This document shows, one piece after another, positions 54,538 through 62,977 of a DNA stretch of 64,000 nucleotides; the first letter of the stretch is position 1; each line of letters starts with the position of its first letter. Under the pieces are notes generated by a model. It was not told the DNA's origin. It did not search any database and was given only the letters and a program-made list of their open reading frames with translations. Position numbers and translations under genes: made by a program. The DNA comes from Candidatus Eiseniibacteriota bacterium. GTDB lineage: Bacteria > Eisenbacteria > RBG-16-71-46 > CAIMUX01 > JAHJDP01. The stretch is from positions 4,758 through 68,757 of the forward strand of contig JAHJDP010000104.1 in assembly GCA_018831195.1 (NCBI GenBank). Reading direction: 5' to 3'.

Positions 54538-55341
54538 ATGAATTTAACACCATTGGATATCAGAAAAGCTACCTTTCGCAGGGTTCTCCGGGGAGTGGAT
54601 GCGGAAGAGGTTGGAGCCTTTCTGGAGGTTGTTGCGGAAAACTACGAGAGGGTCATTCAAGATCACGCCAAGATCAATGAGCGGGTGAGCGGTCTTGAAG
54701 ATCGAATCCGTCACTATGAGGGGATGGAGAAATTCCTTCAGCAATCGATGCTGACGGCTGAGCAGTTGGTGAGTGATGCCAAGGATGCCAGCCGCCAGAA
54801 ATCTGAGAAGTGCATTGAGGAGGCCCAGCGCCGGGCTGAGCGGATCCTGGAAGATTCACGGGAACGGCTCCGCAGTCTCAGCCGTGGGGTTCGTGAGCTG
54901 GAATCACGCAAGGGTCTTTATGTTGAGCGCTTCCGATCCCTGCTGGAATCCCATCTCAGAATCCTCGAGGAGCATGAAGAGGATCTGGATGAGATCGAAA
55001 ACCTGGGAGTAGAGGTCTCCAAACTCCTGTCCCAGGATGCTGGTGACCAAGCGGATGGAGACGATCTCATGGAGGACCCCGTCGTTCTGGAGTCGCTCGA
55101 ATCGTTCAATCAGGGGGAGATCGGCCTGGCACAAAACGCGGAGGCCTTGTCGATGCCGCATCCTCTGACGGGACCGGCGATGGAATCCTCCGGTGATCGG
55201 CATTCCGAGGAAGGAAACCCACCCTACCTTGCCGAGTTGGAAGCCGATGAACAAGGGCCTGAGGATGGGGGTTCTTTTTTCCCACCCAGGGTCAGGCGCC
55301 AAGGTTTTTTTGACATCAAGGCCGACGGTGAAACGGAATAA
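54538..55341 (+). CDS. divIVA: DivIVA-domain protein
   Basis: 267 aa. MNLTPLDIRKATFRRVLRGVDAEEVGAFLEVVAENYE closely parallels the B. subtilis DivIVA N-terminus. A coiled coil and an acidic tail follow. Confidence 0.85.
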   Translation: MNLTPLDIRKATFRRVLRGVDAEEVGAFLEVVAENYERVIQDHAKINERVSGLEDRIRHYEGMEKFLQQSMLTAEQLVSDAKDASRQKSEKCIEEAQRRAERILEDSRERLRSLSRGVRELESRKGLYVERFRSLLESHLRILEEHEEDLDEIENLGVEVSKLLSQDAGDQADGDDLMEDPVVLESLESFNQGEIGLAQNAEALSMPHPLTGPAMESSGDRHSEEGNPPYLAELEADEQGPEDGGSFFPPRVRRQGFFDIKADGETE

Positions 55342-55350
55342 GGATGAGCC

Positions 55351-56190
55351 ATGTCTAAAGCGTTGCCGCTCCGCCGACAAATAGACGAGGCCGTCGCGCT
55401 TCTTCGTGATCGGGGTGTTGGAATTCCCAGGGTCGGGATTATTCTCGGAACCGGTCTCGGAGTTCTGGCGGAGAGGATTGAACCGGAAGTGGTGGTGCCC
55501 TATTGCGAGATACCCCACTTCCCTATCTCCACAGTAGAAGGCCATGCCGGAGAGCTTCTCTTCGGCCATCTCGCCGGCGTCGCGGTCGTCGTCCTGAAGG
55601 GGCGGGTTCATTTCTACGAAGGTTATTCGATGCAGCAGGTCGCCTTCCCCGTACGGGTCATCAGGGGATTGGGCGCAAGGGAACTCATCATTTCCAGCGC
55701 CGTCGGGGGTCTGAATCCCTTGTTTAGGCCGGGAGAGATCGTTCTCGTCACCGATCATATAAACTTGATGGGAGACAATCCTCTCATTGGGTCGAATGAT
55801 GAGACGCTGGGGCCACGCTTCCCTGATATGAGTGAGCCCTATTGCCGGGAGCATTTGAAGCTCACGGAACGTCTCGCAGTTGACGAAAAAATCCCTATGC
55901 GAAAGGGAGTTTTTGTCGGTGTCGCCGGTCCCAATTTGGAAACGGCGGCTGAATACCGCTTCCTCAGACAGATAGGGGCCGACGTTGTGGGGATGTCCCT
56001 CATTCCAGAGAATCTTGCCGCAGTTCACGGCGGTCTCCGAACGTTGGCTTTTGCTATCATTACCGATTCCTGTCTGCCGGATGCTCTGGAACCGGTGGAC
56101 ATTCAAAAGATTCTCCGGACGGCGGCCGAGGCGGAACCAAAACTTTCCCGTTTGGTAGAGCGGGTCGTCGAGGAGTTGCCGGAAGAATAG
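55351..56190 (+). CDS. purine-nucleoside phosphorylase (PunA/PNP family)
   Basis: 279 aa with GIILGTGLG, HFPISTVEGHAGELLFG.L.G..VVVLKGRVHFYEGY, AVGGLN, and GPNLETAAEYRFLR..GADVVGMS. Confidence 0.9.
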   Translation: MSKALPLRRQIDEAVALLRDRGVGIPRVGIILGTGLGVLAERIEPEVVVPYCEIPHFPISTVEGHAGELLFGHLAGVAVVVLKGRVHFYEGYSMQQVAFPVRVIRGLGARELIISSAVGGLNPLFRPGEIVLVTDHINLMGDNPLIGSNDETLGPRFPDMSEPYCREHLKLTERLAVDEKIPMRKGVFVGVAGPNLETAAEYRFLRQIGADVVGMSLIPENLAAVHGGLRTLAFAIITDSCLPDALEPVDIQKILRTAAEAEPKLSRLVERVVEELPEE

Positions 56191-56199
56191 GAGGGCCCG

Positions 56200-56625
56200 A
56201 TGAGCCCACCCACAGGAGAGACATCAAAGAAAGCCGGAAAGGCCAGGAAGATGAATAAGAAGGATCTGAACAAGTTTGAAAAGATTTTAGAGGAAGAGAA
56301 GAATCGTTTGATCAGCGCGCTGGGGCTTCTAGAAAAAACCGTTATTGGACGGTCTCTGAGAGAAGCCATAGCAGATCTTGCCGCCAGTAATTACAATCCC
56401 GAAGAAGGATCTGACAATTCAGAAAGGGAAAAAGTACTGCAGTACGCCACATCAGAGGGCCGGTTGCTTTATGAAATCGAAGACGCCATCAGGAAAATAG
56501 GCGCCGGAGAATACGGCATTTGCGAGGAATGCGAGGAAATCATCGACAATGTCCGCTTGGAAGCCCTTCCGCATGCCCGGTTATGTTTGAAATGCCAGGA
56601 AAAGGCTGATCGTCAGAGGGCTTGA
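56200..56625 (+). CDS. TraR/DksA-family C4 zinc-finger protein
   Basis: 141 aa with AGGAGG upstream. It has a coiled-coil N-terminus and CEECEEIID..RLEALPHARLCLKCQ. Confidence 0.8.
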   Translation: MSPPTGETSKKAGKARKMNKKDLNKFEKILEEEKNRLISALGLLEKTVIGRSLREAIADLAASNYNPEEGSDNSEREKVLQYATSEGRLLYEIEDAIRKIGAGEYGICEECEEIIDNVRLEALPHARLCLKCQEKADRQRA

Positions 56626-57239
56626 GGACCTCTGGATATCAGTTTGACATTGTGCTGTCTGCTCCCCGTTCATCATTACGTCTATTTTACATTGCTGCGG
56701 CAGTGATTTTAATCTCTGATATTGCCACAAAGCTCATCGTCTTTCACATTCTCCCCGTGGATAGCTATCCCAGGCCCTTTATCGGCGACCTTCTTCGCTG
56801 GACTCATATACATAATTCAGGAGCTGCATTCGGCCTGTTTCGGGGCAGCCGCCTCTTTTTTATTGTTGTGTCGGCCGTTTCCGTGGTGGCGATCTTTCTT
56901 GTCGTCCGGAGCCGCCGGCACAGAAGCGCCTTGACCCTCATGGGATTTGGAATGGTGCTCGGGGGCGCGCTGGGTAATCTTTTGGATCGGTTGTGGCTGG
57001 GTGTCGTCATTGATTTTATCGATATGGGGTGGGGAACTCTACGATGGCCGGTGTTCAATGTCGCCGATATGGGGGTCTCGATCGGTGTCATGATTCTGGG
57101 ATTCGGACTTTTCCTCGAGGATATAAGGCGAACGAAAGCCGAATCGACGGATAGTATTCCTTCGGACTCCTCTCTACAATTCAGTCCAGGTGGGGAGACG
57201 GAATCTGGAGATCGCCGAATAGAGCGAACCGAATCATGA
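56622..57239 (+). CDS. lspA: lipoprotein signal peptidase (signal peptidase II)
   Basis: The TTG start overlaps the dksA-like stop. GTG 56652 is an alternative. It has HNSGAAFGLF, GNLLDRL..G.VIDFID and PVFNVADMGVSIGV. Confidence 0.88.
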   Translation: MRTSGYQFDIVLSAPRSSLRLFYIAAAVILISDIATKLIVFHILPVDSYPRPFIGDLLRWTHIHNSGAAFGLFRGSRLFFIVVSAVSVVAIFLVVRSRRHRSALTLMGFGMVLGGALGNLLDRLWLGVVIDFIDMGWGTLRWPVFNVADMGVSIGVMILGFGLFLEDIRRTKAESTDSIPSDSSLQFSPGGETESGDRRIERTES

Positions 57240-58261
57240 CGTACGAAAACGGCTCTGAAAAACAGAAGGGGAAAGATCAGCCGAGGGATTCCCTGGTGGT
57301 TCCGCTGGATGGAGAAGGCTGCCGTCTGGATCGCTACCTCGCCGATCAGATTCCGCACCTCTCTCGAGAACAGGTCGCCAAGCTCATCCGCCAAGGCGCG
57401 GTGGAGGTCGGCGACCAAGTAGGGAAATCCTCGCTTCGACTCAAGATGGGCCAGCGCATCACATTCCCGATTCATGAAAAACGGGAGGAGACGCCCCTCA
57501 CGCCCGAACCCATTCCCCTCCAAATCCTCTTTGAAGACGAGGATCTCCTGGTCATTCACAAACCGCCTGGGATGGTTGTACATCCAGGGGCGGGTGTTCG
57601 GAAGGGAACTCTGGTGCATGGCCTGCTGCATCACTTGCCTGGTTGGAAGGGTGTCGGAGGATTGACCCGCCCAGGAATTGTGCACCGGTTGGACCGCGGA
57701 ACGAGCGGTCTGCTGGTTGTCGCCAAGAGTGAGTTGGGTTACCAAAACCTTGTCGAGCAGATCCGGGAGAGAAGGATGACCCGCCGGTACATCACGCTGG
57801 CCTGGGGTTCTCCTCCCGAAGCCAAGGGGACGATATCGGCTCCTATCGGCCGGGATCCGAAACACCGCCAGCGGATGGCCGTGCTGGCGCGCGGAGGGAA
57901 GGAGGCGATCAGCGATTACGAGCTGCTCCGGGCGTTTGACATTCTCAGCCTCCTACGCGTATCTTTGCGAACAGGACGAACACATCAGATTCGGGTCCAC
58001 CTAGCCTCTCTGGGACATCCGGTCTTTTGTGACCCGACCTATGGTGGCGGCAAGGGATATGCAAGACGCCTGGCGCCGCAGGACCGTCCGAGGATCTTAG
58101 GTTGGCTGAAAGGATTGGGGAGACCGGCCCTGCATGCCTACCATCTGACCTTTCATCATCCCTTGGATGATGAGAAAATGGTTTTTGAAACCCCGGTCCC
58201 CGGGGATATGGAGAGGATCCTACTAGAATTGGAAACTCTGGAAAAGGAAGCTGGAGGTTAA
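57236..58261 (+). CDS. rluD: RluA-family 23S rRNA pseudouridine synthase (RluD-like)
   Basis: 341 aa with an ATGA overlap with lspA. It has an S4 domain, the catalytic HRLDRGTSGLLVVAK, and GRTHQIRVHL. Confidence 0.9.
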   Translation: MTYENGSEKQKGKDQPRDSLVVPLDGEGCRLDRYLADQIPHLSREQVAKLIRQGAVEVGDQVGKSSLRLKMGQRITFPIHEKREETPLTPEPIPLQILFEDEDLLVIHKPPGMVVHPGAGVRKGTLVHGLLHHLPGWKGVGGLTRPGIVHRLDRGTSGLLVVAKSELGYQNLVEQIRERRMTRRYITLAWGSPPEAKGTISAPIGRDPKHRQRMAVLARGGKEAISDYELLRAFDILSLLRVSLRTGRTHQIRVHLASLGHPVFCDPTYGGGKGYARRLAPQDRPRILGWLKGLGRPALHAYHLTFHHPLDDEKMVFETPVPGDMERILLELETLEKEAGG

Positions 58262-58263
58262 AG

Positions 58264-58629
58264 ATGAAGATCAGCAAGAGCCAGGTGGATGACATCTGGA
58301 TCGTTCATTTGAGCGGTAAGCTGATGGGTGGCCCCGACGCCGATCTGGTGCAGGAGATCGTCCGAGAGGGTATGAGTTCCGGATTCAAAAAGATAATCTT
58401 GGATCTTGGGGATGTTTCCTGGGTCAATTCCACGGGATTAGGAATCCTTATCACGAGCCACATTTCTGTCACCAATGCCGGTGGCGTGGTGAAGTTGATG
58501 AGAGTTTCGCGCCGGATTGATTCTATCTTAATGGTCACAAAATTAAATACGATCTTTGAAGTTCACGATTCCAAGGAGCAGGCTATCGCCAGTTTCAACA
58601 CTGAGGTTTCGGGAACCAGTGGAGAATAA
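58264..58629 (+). CDS. STAS-domain anti-sigma-factor antagonist (SpoIIAA/RsbV-like)
   Basis: 121 aa with GGAGG upstream. DLGDVSWVNSTGLGILI contains the conserved phosphorylatable Ser context. Confidence 0.8.
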   Translation: MKISKSQVDDIWIVHLSGKLMGGPDADLVQEIVREGMSSGFKKIILDLGDVSWVNSTGLGILITSHISVTNAGGVVKLMRVSRRIDSILMVTKLNTIFEVHDSKEQAIASFNTEVSGTSGE

Positions 58630-58633
58630 GTTC

Positions 58634-59134
58634 GTGAGTTCATCGACCGAGGGACCTAATCCTAATATCGTTCCCGAGGCGGATTCAGGGAACCGAATGG
58701 TCCTCTATCTCCCCAGTGATTTGAATTATTTGTCGGTCGTCGATCGGATGGTTGAAGGTATTGCGGAGATGTTGGAGCTGGAGGAGGAAGATAATATCGC
58801 GGTGGCGACATCCGTCATTGAAGCTTGTACAAATGCTATACAACACGGCCATCGCCAAGAGGCCGCTAAATATTTTTTCTGCTCCTTTTACCTTGGGGAA
58901 AATGAATTGCAGGTCACGGTGAAAGACTGGGGTCCCGGGTTTAATCTCAACACGGTGCTGGGCGGCGACCCGACCCATGGCGAAGGACTGCTGAAATGCC
59001 GCGGCCGCGGCATTTTCATTATGCGCTCCATGATGGATACGGTTGAATTTGAGATGCGGGAACCCATTGGGACGACTGTTAAGTTAACGAAGCAACTGGC
59101 GCGGCGCGGTACTTCAAGCCCCGTCAGCGGGTAG
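58634..59134 (+). CDS. anti-sigma-factor serine kinase (RsbW/SpoIIAB-like, HATPase_c)
   Basis: The ORF is tracked from 58556. GTG 58634 follows GGAGAA. The N-box is EACTNAIQHG, the G1 box is VKDWGPGF, and the G2 box is GRGIFIM. Confidence 0.78.
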   Translation: MSSSTEGPNPNIVPEADSGNRMVLYLPSDLNYLSVVDRMVEGIAEMLELEEEDNIAVATSVIEACTNAIQHGHRQEAAKYFFCSFYLGENELQVTVKDWGPGFNLNTVLGGDPTHGEGLLKCRGRGIFIMRSMMDTVEFEMREPIGTTVKLTKQLARRGTSSPVSG

Positions 59135-59173
59135 GCGTCATCATTTCTGATAGCATGAACATTCATTTGGACG

Positions 59174-59202
59174 GTCCGGTGGTTTGAACCCCGGACTTTT
59201 TT
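59174..59202 (+). terminator. candidate intrinsic terminator after the RsbW-like gene
   Basis: GTCCGG (59174-59179) pairs with CCGGAC (59191-59196), followed by TTTTTT (59197-59202). The stem is short and the loop is 11 nt. Confidence 0.45.
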
Positions 59203-59215
59203 GTGAATTCAGGAG

Positions 59216-59707
59216 ATGAACATCGAATCAAGAATTGAAAACGGCCCTCTTCTCGGCATTGATCTAGGACGGCGCCGAACCGGTCTCGCCAAGTCCGATC
59301 CGGATCTCCGGGTTGCGACACCTCTGGTGATTGTAGAAGCGGCGGGGAACAAACTCGATTTTAGTATTCTGGATCATTGCCGGAAGAACGAAGTGACCGG
59401 TGTTGTCTTGGGGCTGCCCCGGCATATGGACGGCCGGGAAGGCGATTTGGCGCCCCGCACCCGGCGTCTTGCCGCCTATATCCACCGTCAGCTGAACATT
59501 CCTGTTTGGTTATGGGATGAGCGCCTGTCCACTCTTGAAGTGGACAGGCGCGCCAGAGAGGGAGGGAAACGCCAACAGCCGAGGGATGATTTGGCCGCGA
59601 CACTCATCCTTCAGGGATTTATTGATGCACAAGCCTGGAAAAGGCCTCCAGCGCACGCCGGCGACGACCCAGGGGATCGATCCGAAGATGATGGGACCGC
59701 TGAATGA
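59216..59707 (+). CDS. ruvX: Holliday-junction-resolvase-like / pre-16S rRNA nuclease RuvX (YqgF)
   Basis: 163 aa with LLGIDLGRRRTGLAKSD, GLPRHMDGREG and WDERLST. Confidence 0.88.
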   Translation: MNIESRIENGPLLGIDLGRRRTGLAKSDPDLRVATPLVIVEAAGNKLDFSILDHCRKNEVTGVVLGLPRHMDGREGDLAPRTRRLAAYIHRQLNIPVWLWDERLSTLEVDRRAREGGKRQQPRDDLAATLILQGFIDAQAWKRPPAHAGDDPGDRSEDDGTAE

Positions 59708-60708
59708 TGCGGAGCCCCGGGAAAATGATCCTTTTACTCGCCCTGATCGGATTCGCGATCATCGCGGTGTGGGGCGCCAACATTTTGTTGAGGCCCTACC
59801 GGCCCTCCAATCCCAAAGTGACCTTCACCGTACTTCCGGGCGAGGATTTCTCCGCAATCCAAGCACGGCTCGTCAAATCCCGATTGATACCGAACTCCCC
59901 CTGGATTGCTCTGTGGGCGCGCTATAAGGGGTGGGACCGGAATCTAAGGGCCGGCCGGTATGAAATCGATCCTTCCATGCCGCCGGCCGAGATTTTCCGC
60001 ACTTTTGTAGAAGGTCCCCGTGTGCTGCTGAAGGTCACCCTGCCGGAGGGATGGCGCAGCGCCGATGGGATTCAAAGACTTGAGGAATCGCTTGAATGTG
60101 ATCCCGGCTCCTTATACAAAATAGCAAGGGATTCGACCTGGCTGCTCTCTCTGGGATTGCCGGCGCCCAATGTTGAAGGGTATCTTTTCCCCGAGACGTA
60201 TTTCTTCGACCCCGGCACCACAGGTCATGAAATCCTCCGCCATATCTTATTAAAAACGATCGAATACTTTAATTTAGAGAGAGGGGCGCGGTTGAGGGAG
60301 CTTGGGATGACGCTGCATGAGGCGGTGACCCTGGCGAGTATTATTGAAGCAGAGGCCAAGCTGCCGGAGGAACGGGTTCGGATCAGCGCCGTTTTTCACA
60401 ACAGGCTTCGGGAAGGGTGGCCGCTGCAAGCCGATCCCACGGTGCTCTTTGCGGTGGGGAAATCGGGCGAGCCGCCCTTGACCGAGGATCTGGAATCCCC
60501 CTCGCCCTATAATACCTATCTTGTACAAGGTTTGCCGCCTGGACCGATCAACAGTCCCGGCGCCGCGGCCTTGGAGGCCGCCCTGTATCCACTGCCCCAC
60601 TGCAGGGAGTTCTTTTTTGTCGCCCGGCCCGATGGATCTCACATCTTCAGCCGAACACTACACGAGCATGAAGAGGCGCGCCGGCGCCTCAAACACTCAA
60701 AAGGATGA
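59704..60708 (+). CDS. mltG: endolytic murein transglycosylase MltG (YceG family)
   Basis: 334 aa with an ATGA overlap with ruvX. It has an N-terminal TM helix, LPEGW, LASIIEAEA, SAVFHNRL, LQADPTV, YNTY...GLPPGPI..PG and FF.A..DG.H.FS.T..EH. Confidence 0.9.
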   Translation: MMRSPGKMILLLALIGFAIIAVWGANILLRPYRPSNPKVTFTVLPGEDFSAIQARLVKSRLIPNSPWIALWARYKGWDRNLRAGRYEIDPSMPPAEIFRTFVEGPRVLLKVTLPEGWRSADGIQRLEESLECDPGSLYKIARDSTWLLSLGLPAPNVEGYLFPETYFFDPGTTGHEILRHILLKTIEYFNLERGARLRELGMTLHEAVTLASIIEAEAKLPEERVRISAVFHNRLREGWPLQADPTVLFAVGKSGEPPLTEDLESPSPYNTYLVQGLPPGPINSPGAAALEAALYPLPHCREFFFVARPDGSHIFSRTLHEHEEARRRLKHSKG

Positions 60709-60724
60709 CCAGGGTGATGATGGC

Positions 60725-60754
60725 GCGATGCCGGAAGCGATGCCGGAGGCGATG
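60725..60754. repeat. 12-nt tandem repeat x2.5 in the mltG-larE spacer
   Basis: GCGATGCCGGAA GCGATGCCGGAG GCGATG. Confidence 0.7.
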
Positions 60755-60910
60755 ATTGTGGCGGGAGATGCCGAATCGTCTCCCAACCTGTCTTGAAAGC
60801 GGAATCGCGAGTCTGATACCTTTATTTTTAAACCCTGAAGTGGAATCGACGTTTAGCTTGGAGAGCTTGGGCCGGAGCTTCTTGTGACAATAGAAGAGAC
60901 AAGGAGTCGT

Positions 60911-61738
60911 ATGAACCGACAACTCGAAGAAAAGCTGGAACGGCTCGAGTCGCACCTGGCATCTCTGGGGTCCGCGGTGGTGGCTTATTCCGGAGGGGTC
61001 GACAGCGCCTTTCTCGCCGTCGCGGCCCACAGGGCTCTCGGCGCCCGGATGATCGCCGTCCTTGGTCATTCCCCTTCACTGGCGCAGAAGGAATGGAATG
61101 ACGCTTGTAAGATTTCGGAACGCTTCGGATTCCCCATGGAGAAGGTTGTGACCCACGAGTTGGAGAATCCTCTTTATCAATCAAACACCCCCGATCGTTG
61201 CTACCATTGTAAAGATGAGCTTTTTCAAATCTTGAAGACTTGGGCGGCGGAAAAGGGGTTTCAGACGGTTCTTGATGGAACGAACAAAGATGATTTGGGA
61301 GACTATCGGCCCGGGCGGCGGGCCGGTGAAAAACACGGGATCAGGAGTCCCCTCATCGATTGTGGATGGACAAAGGAAGAAATCCGGCAGGTGAGCTTAG
61401 CCCTCGGCATTCCGATCTGGGACAAACCCGCTTCTCCCTGTCTCGCCTCCAGATTTCCCACCGGTGAGCCGATTCGCTTGGAGGCTCTGCGGTGGGTCGA
61501 AAAGGCTGAAACCGCCCTAAGGTCTCTGGGGTTTTTGGAGCAAAGGGTGCGGGTTCACGGAGAAATGGCTCGGATTGAATTATCTTTGGGTGAAATGCCC
61601 CGGATGCTGGAGCCGGGAATACGGGCCGCTGTCATTCAGAGTTTGCATGAAGCTGGATTTCGAAGGATTGTACTTGATTTGGAGGGGTATCGATCCAGCG
61701 GCGAGGGATGGAGCAAGAACGCCGAAGAGCTTCCGTAG
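60911..61738 (+). CDS. larE: LarE-family ATP-dependent sulfur transferase (PP-loop ATP pyrophosphatase)
   Basis: The ORF is tracked from GTG 60884. ATG 60911 follows AAGGAG. The PP-loop is VVAYSGGVDSAFLA. It has CYHCKDELF and SPCLASRFP, three conserved-position cysteines in total. Confidence 0.8.
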   Translation: MNRQLEEKLERLESHLASLGSAVVAYSGGVDSAFLAVAAHRALGARMIAVLGHSPSLAQKEWNDACKISERFGFPMEKVVTHELENPLYQSNTPDRCYHCKDELFQILKTWAAEKGFQTVLDGTNKDDLGDYRPGRRAGEKHGIRSPLIDCGWTKEEIRQVSLALGIPIWDKPASPCLASRFPTGEPIRLEALRWVEKAETALRSLGFLEQRVRVHGEMARIELSLGEMPRMLEPGIRAAVIQSLHEAGFRRIVLDLEGYRSSGEGWSKNAEELP

Positions 61739-61820
61739 GCATCGACTTTATCACAAGGCCCTGCCGTCAGTCGTCAGATTCGGGTTGATAGGGTCAGCTT
61801 CAAGATGGAGGATGAGGAAC

Positions 61821-62150
61821 GTGGCCAAGATTAGTGCTGAAAACCAACCCCGTAGAGGCAGAACGGGCGCGCCCGCCCAAAAGACCGGGGGAGGTCCATC
61901 CCCAAGCAAAGGTGCGATCTTTGCGAGTTCCAGAGCTTCTGAAGGGCCTGAGTTCGGCCGGAAGAACTGGATCTTAATGGGGCTGGGGCTTGGAACCATT
62001 ATATTGGGATTCGTGGCGCTGGCGCTTGGATCGATTACTGTGGCGCCGATCCTCCTCGTCCTGGGTTATATTGTCTTGGTGCCCTGGGCCATTCTGGCCC
62101 GGTCCCATCCGGAATCGAATCAAAAGGGGGCGAATAGCTCAGTTGGTTAG
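61821..62150 (+). CDS. small two-TM membrane protein, DUF3098-like
   Basis: The ORF is tracked from 61575 and overlaps larE there. GTG 61821 lies 9 nt after GGAGG, and ATG 61812 is an alternative. FGRKNWILMGLGLGTIILGFVALALGSITVAPILLVLGYIVL fits my memory of DUF3098. The last 23 nt overlap tRNA-Val. Confidence 0.5.
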   Translation: MAKISAENQPRRGRTGAPAQKTGGGPSPSKGAIFASSRASEGPEFGRKNWILMGLGLGTIILGFVALALGSITVAPILLVLGYIVLVPWAILARSHPESNQKGANSSVG

Positions 62151-62201
62151 AGCGCCTGCCTTACAAGCAGGAGGTCACAGGTTCAACTCCTGTTTCGCCC
62201 A
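62128..62201 (+). tRNA. tRNA-Val (anticodon UAC)
   Basis: I folded a 74-nt cloverleaf by hand. The acceptor is GGGCGAA/TTCGCCC. The D arm is GCTC-AGTTGGTTA-GAGC. The anticodon arm is CCTGC-CTTACAA-GCAGG. The T arm is ACAGG-TTCAACT-CCTGT. The discriminator is A, and no CCA is encoded. Confidence 0.93.
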
Positions 62202-62242
62202 CCGTACCGCGGGCCCCGTTTCTGCGGGAGAAGGGTCTGAAA

Positions 62243-62908
62243 ATGAAGAATTCGAGTCGGATTTGTTTGAGAATCCTGCTCCTTGTGATGACTTGGCTGG
62301 CGTTGGGTTCCTCCAGATCCCTCGCTGGTCCCAACGCCGGTGGTGTCCTTTTACTCCATGTGGCTCCGGAAGTGGAGTACACCACACAGCGGAAGAATTG
62401 GTGCCATGATATCGATCTGGAAGGGCTTCATGAGATCAACACGAGAAGCAAACCGGATCCTTACAAGGCTCAACTTATTTATGTGCTTGCCGCATTTGAT
62501 ACAAGCCAGACTTCAGAAGTCCAAACGGTGACGTTTGGGCTGGGTGATTATGGCGGAGAACCTTCCATTTACTTTGACCGGTGGGGTAGTTGCCAGGAAC
62601 GGATCACCGAAATATCAACACCAGGGTGGCCCAACCCGAATGAGGGCACGGCGATCTTTTTTGTCGATGGCCCCCTGACCGGGAGTCTTATTCCTCTATA
62701 TTGGTTTGCCGCCTACGTTTATACGACGACAACGCTTCCTCTCACCCCCCATCCGACGCCCACCATCGGCGGGTCCTTCGTCAATAGGCCTCAGGAGGGG
62801 GTCATGGATGAGGTTGTGGACTTTGGTATTCTCGGGTTTGGCGTCGATGGGAAACTCCCGGCGCCCCTGCCGCCGTCGGCGGATCAGGAAAACGGGTCAC
62901 CTGAGTAA
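62243..62908 (+). CDS. hypothetical secreted protein
   Basis: 221 aa with the signal peptide MKNSSRICLRILLLVMTWLALGSSRSLAG. I recognise no family. Confidence 0.55.
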   Translation: MKNSSRICLRILLLVMTWLALGSSRSLAGPNAGGVLLLHVAPEVEYTTQRKNWCHDIDLEGLHEINTRSKPDPYKAQLIYVLAAFDTSQTSEVQTVTFGLGDYGGEPSIYFDRWGSCQERITEISTPGWPNPNEGTAIFFVDGPLTGSLIPLYWFAAYVYTTTTLPLTPHPTPTIGGSFVNRPQEGVMDEVVDFGILGFGVDGKLPAPLPPSADQENGSPE

Positions 62909-62948
62909 GATTCTTGAGAGAACTCGTTGTTAATATAGGGATTTCATA

Positions 62949-62977
62949 TTGACATCGGGCCGAAAACCATTTAGGCT
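62949..62977 (+). promoter_or_regulatory. sigma70-like promoter with long leader for the 63145 gene
   Basis: TTGACA (62949-62954), a 17-nt spacer, then TAGGCT (62972-62977). This predicts a 5' UTR of about 160 nt. Confidence 0.4.

Noticed and set aside
54904-56106. 400-aa ORF on the - strand
   Set aside because: It is antisense to divIVA and the purine-nucleoside phosphorylase gene, both with clear family motifs and SD sequences. It has no recognisable domains.
56804-57865. 353-aa ORF on the - strand
   Set aside because: It is antisense to lspA and rluD. The same reasoning applies to the 23367-24215 ORF (antisense to tolB), the 40986-41741 and 39919-40452 ORFs (antisense to nuoM and nuoL), the 47551-48210 ORF and the 8436-9206 ORF.
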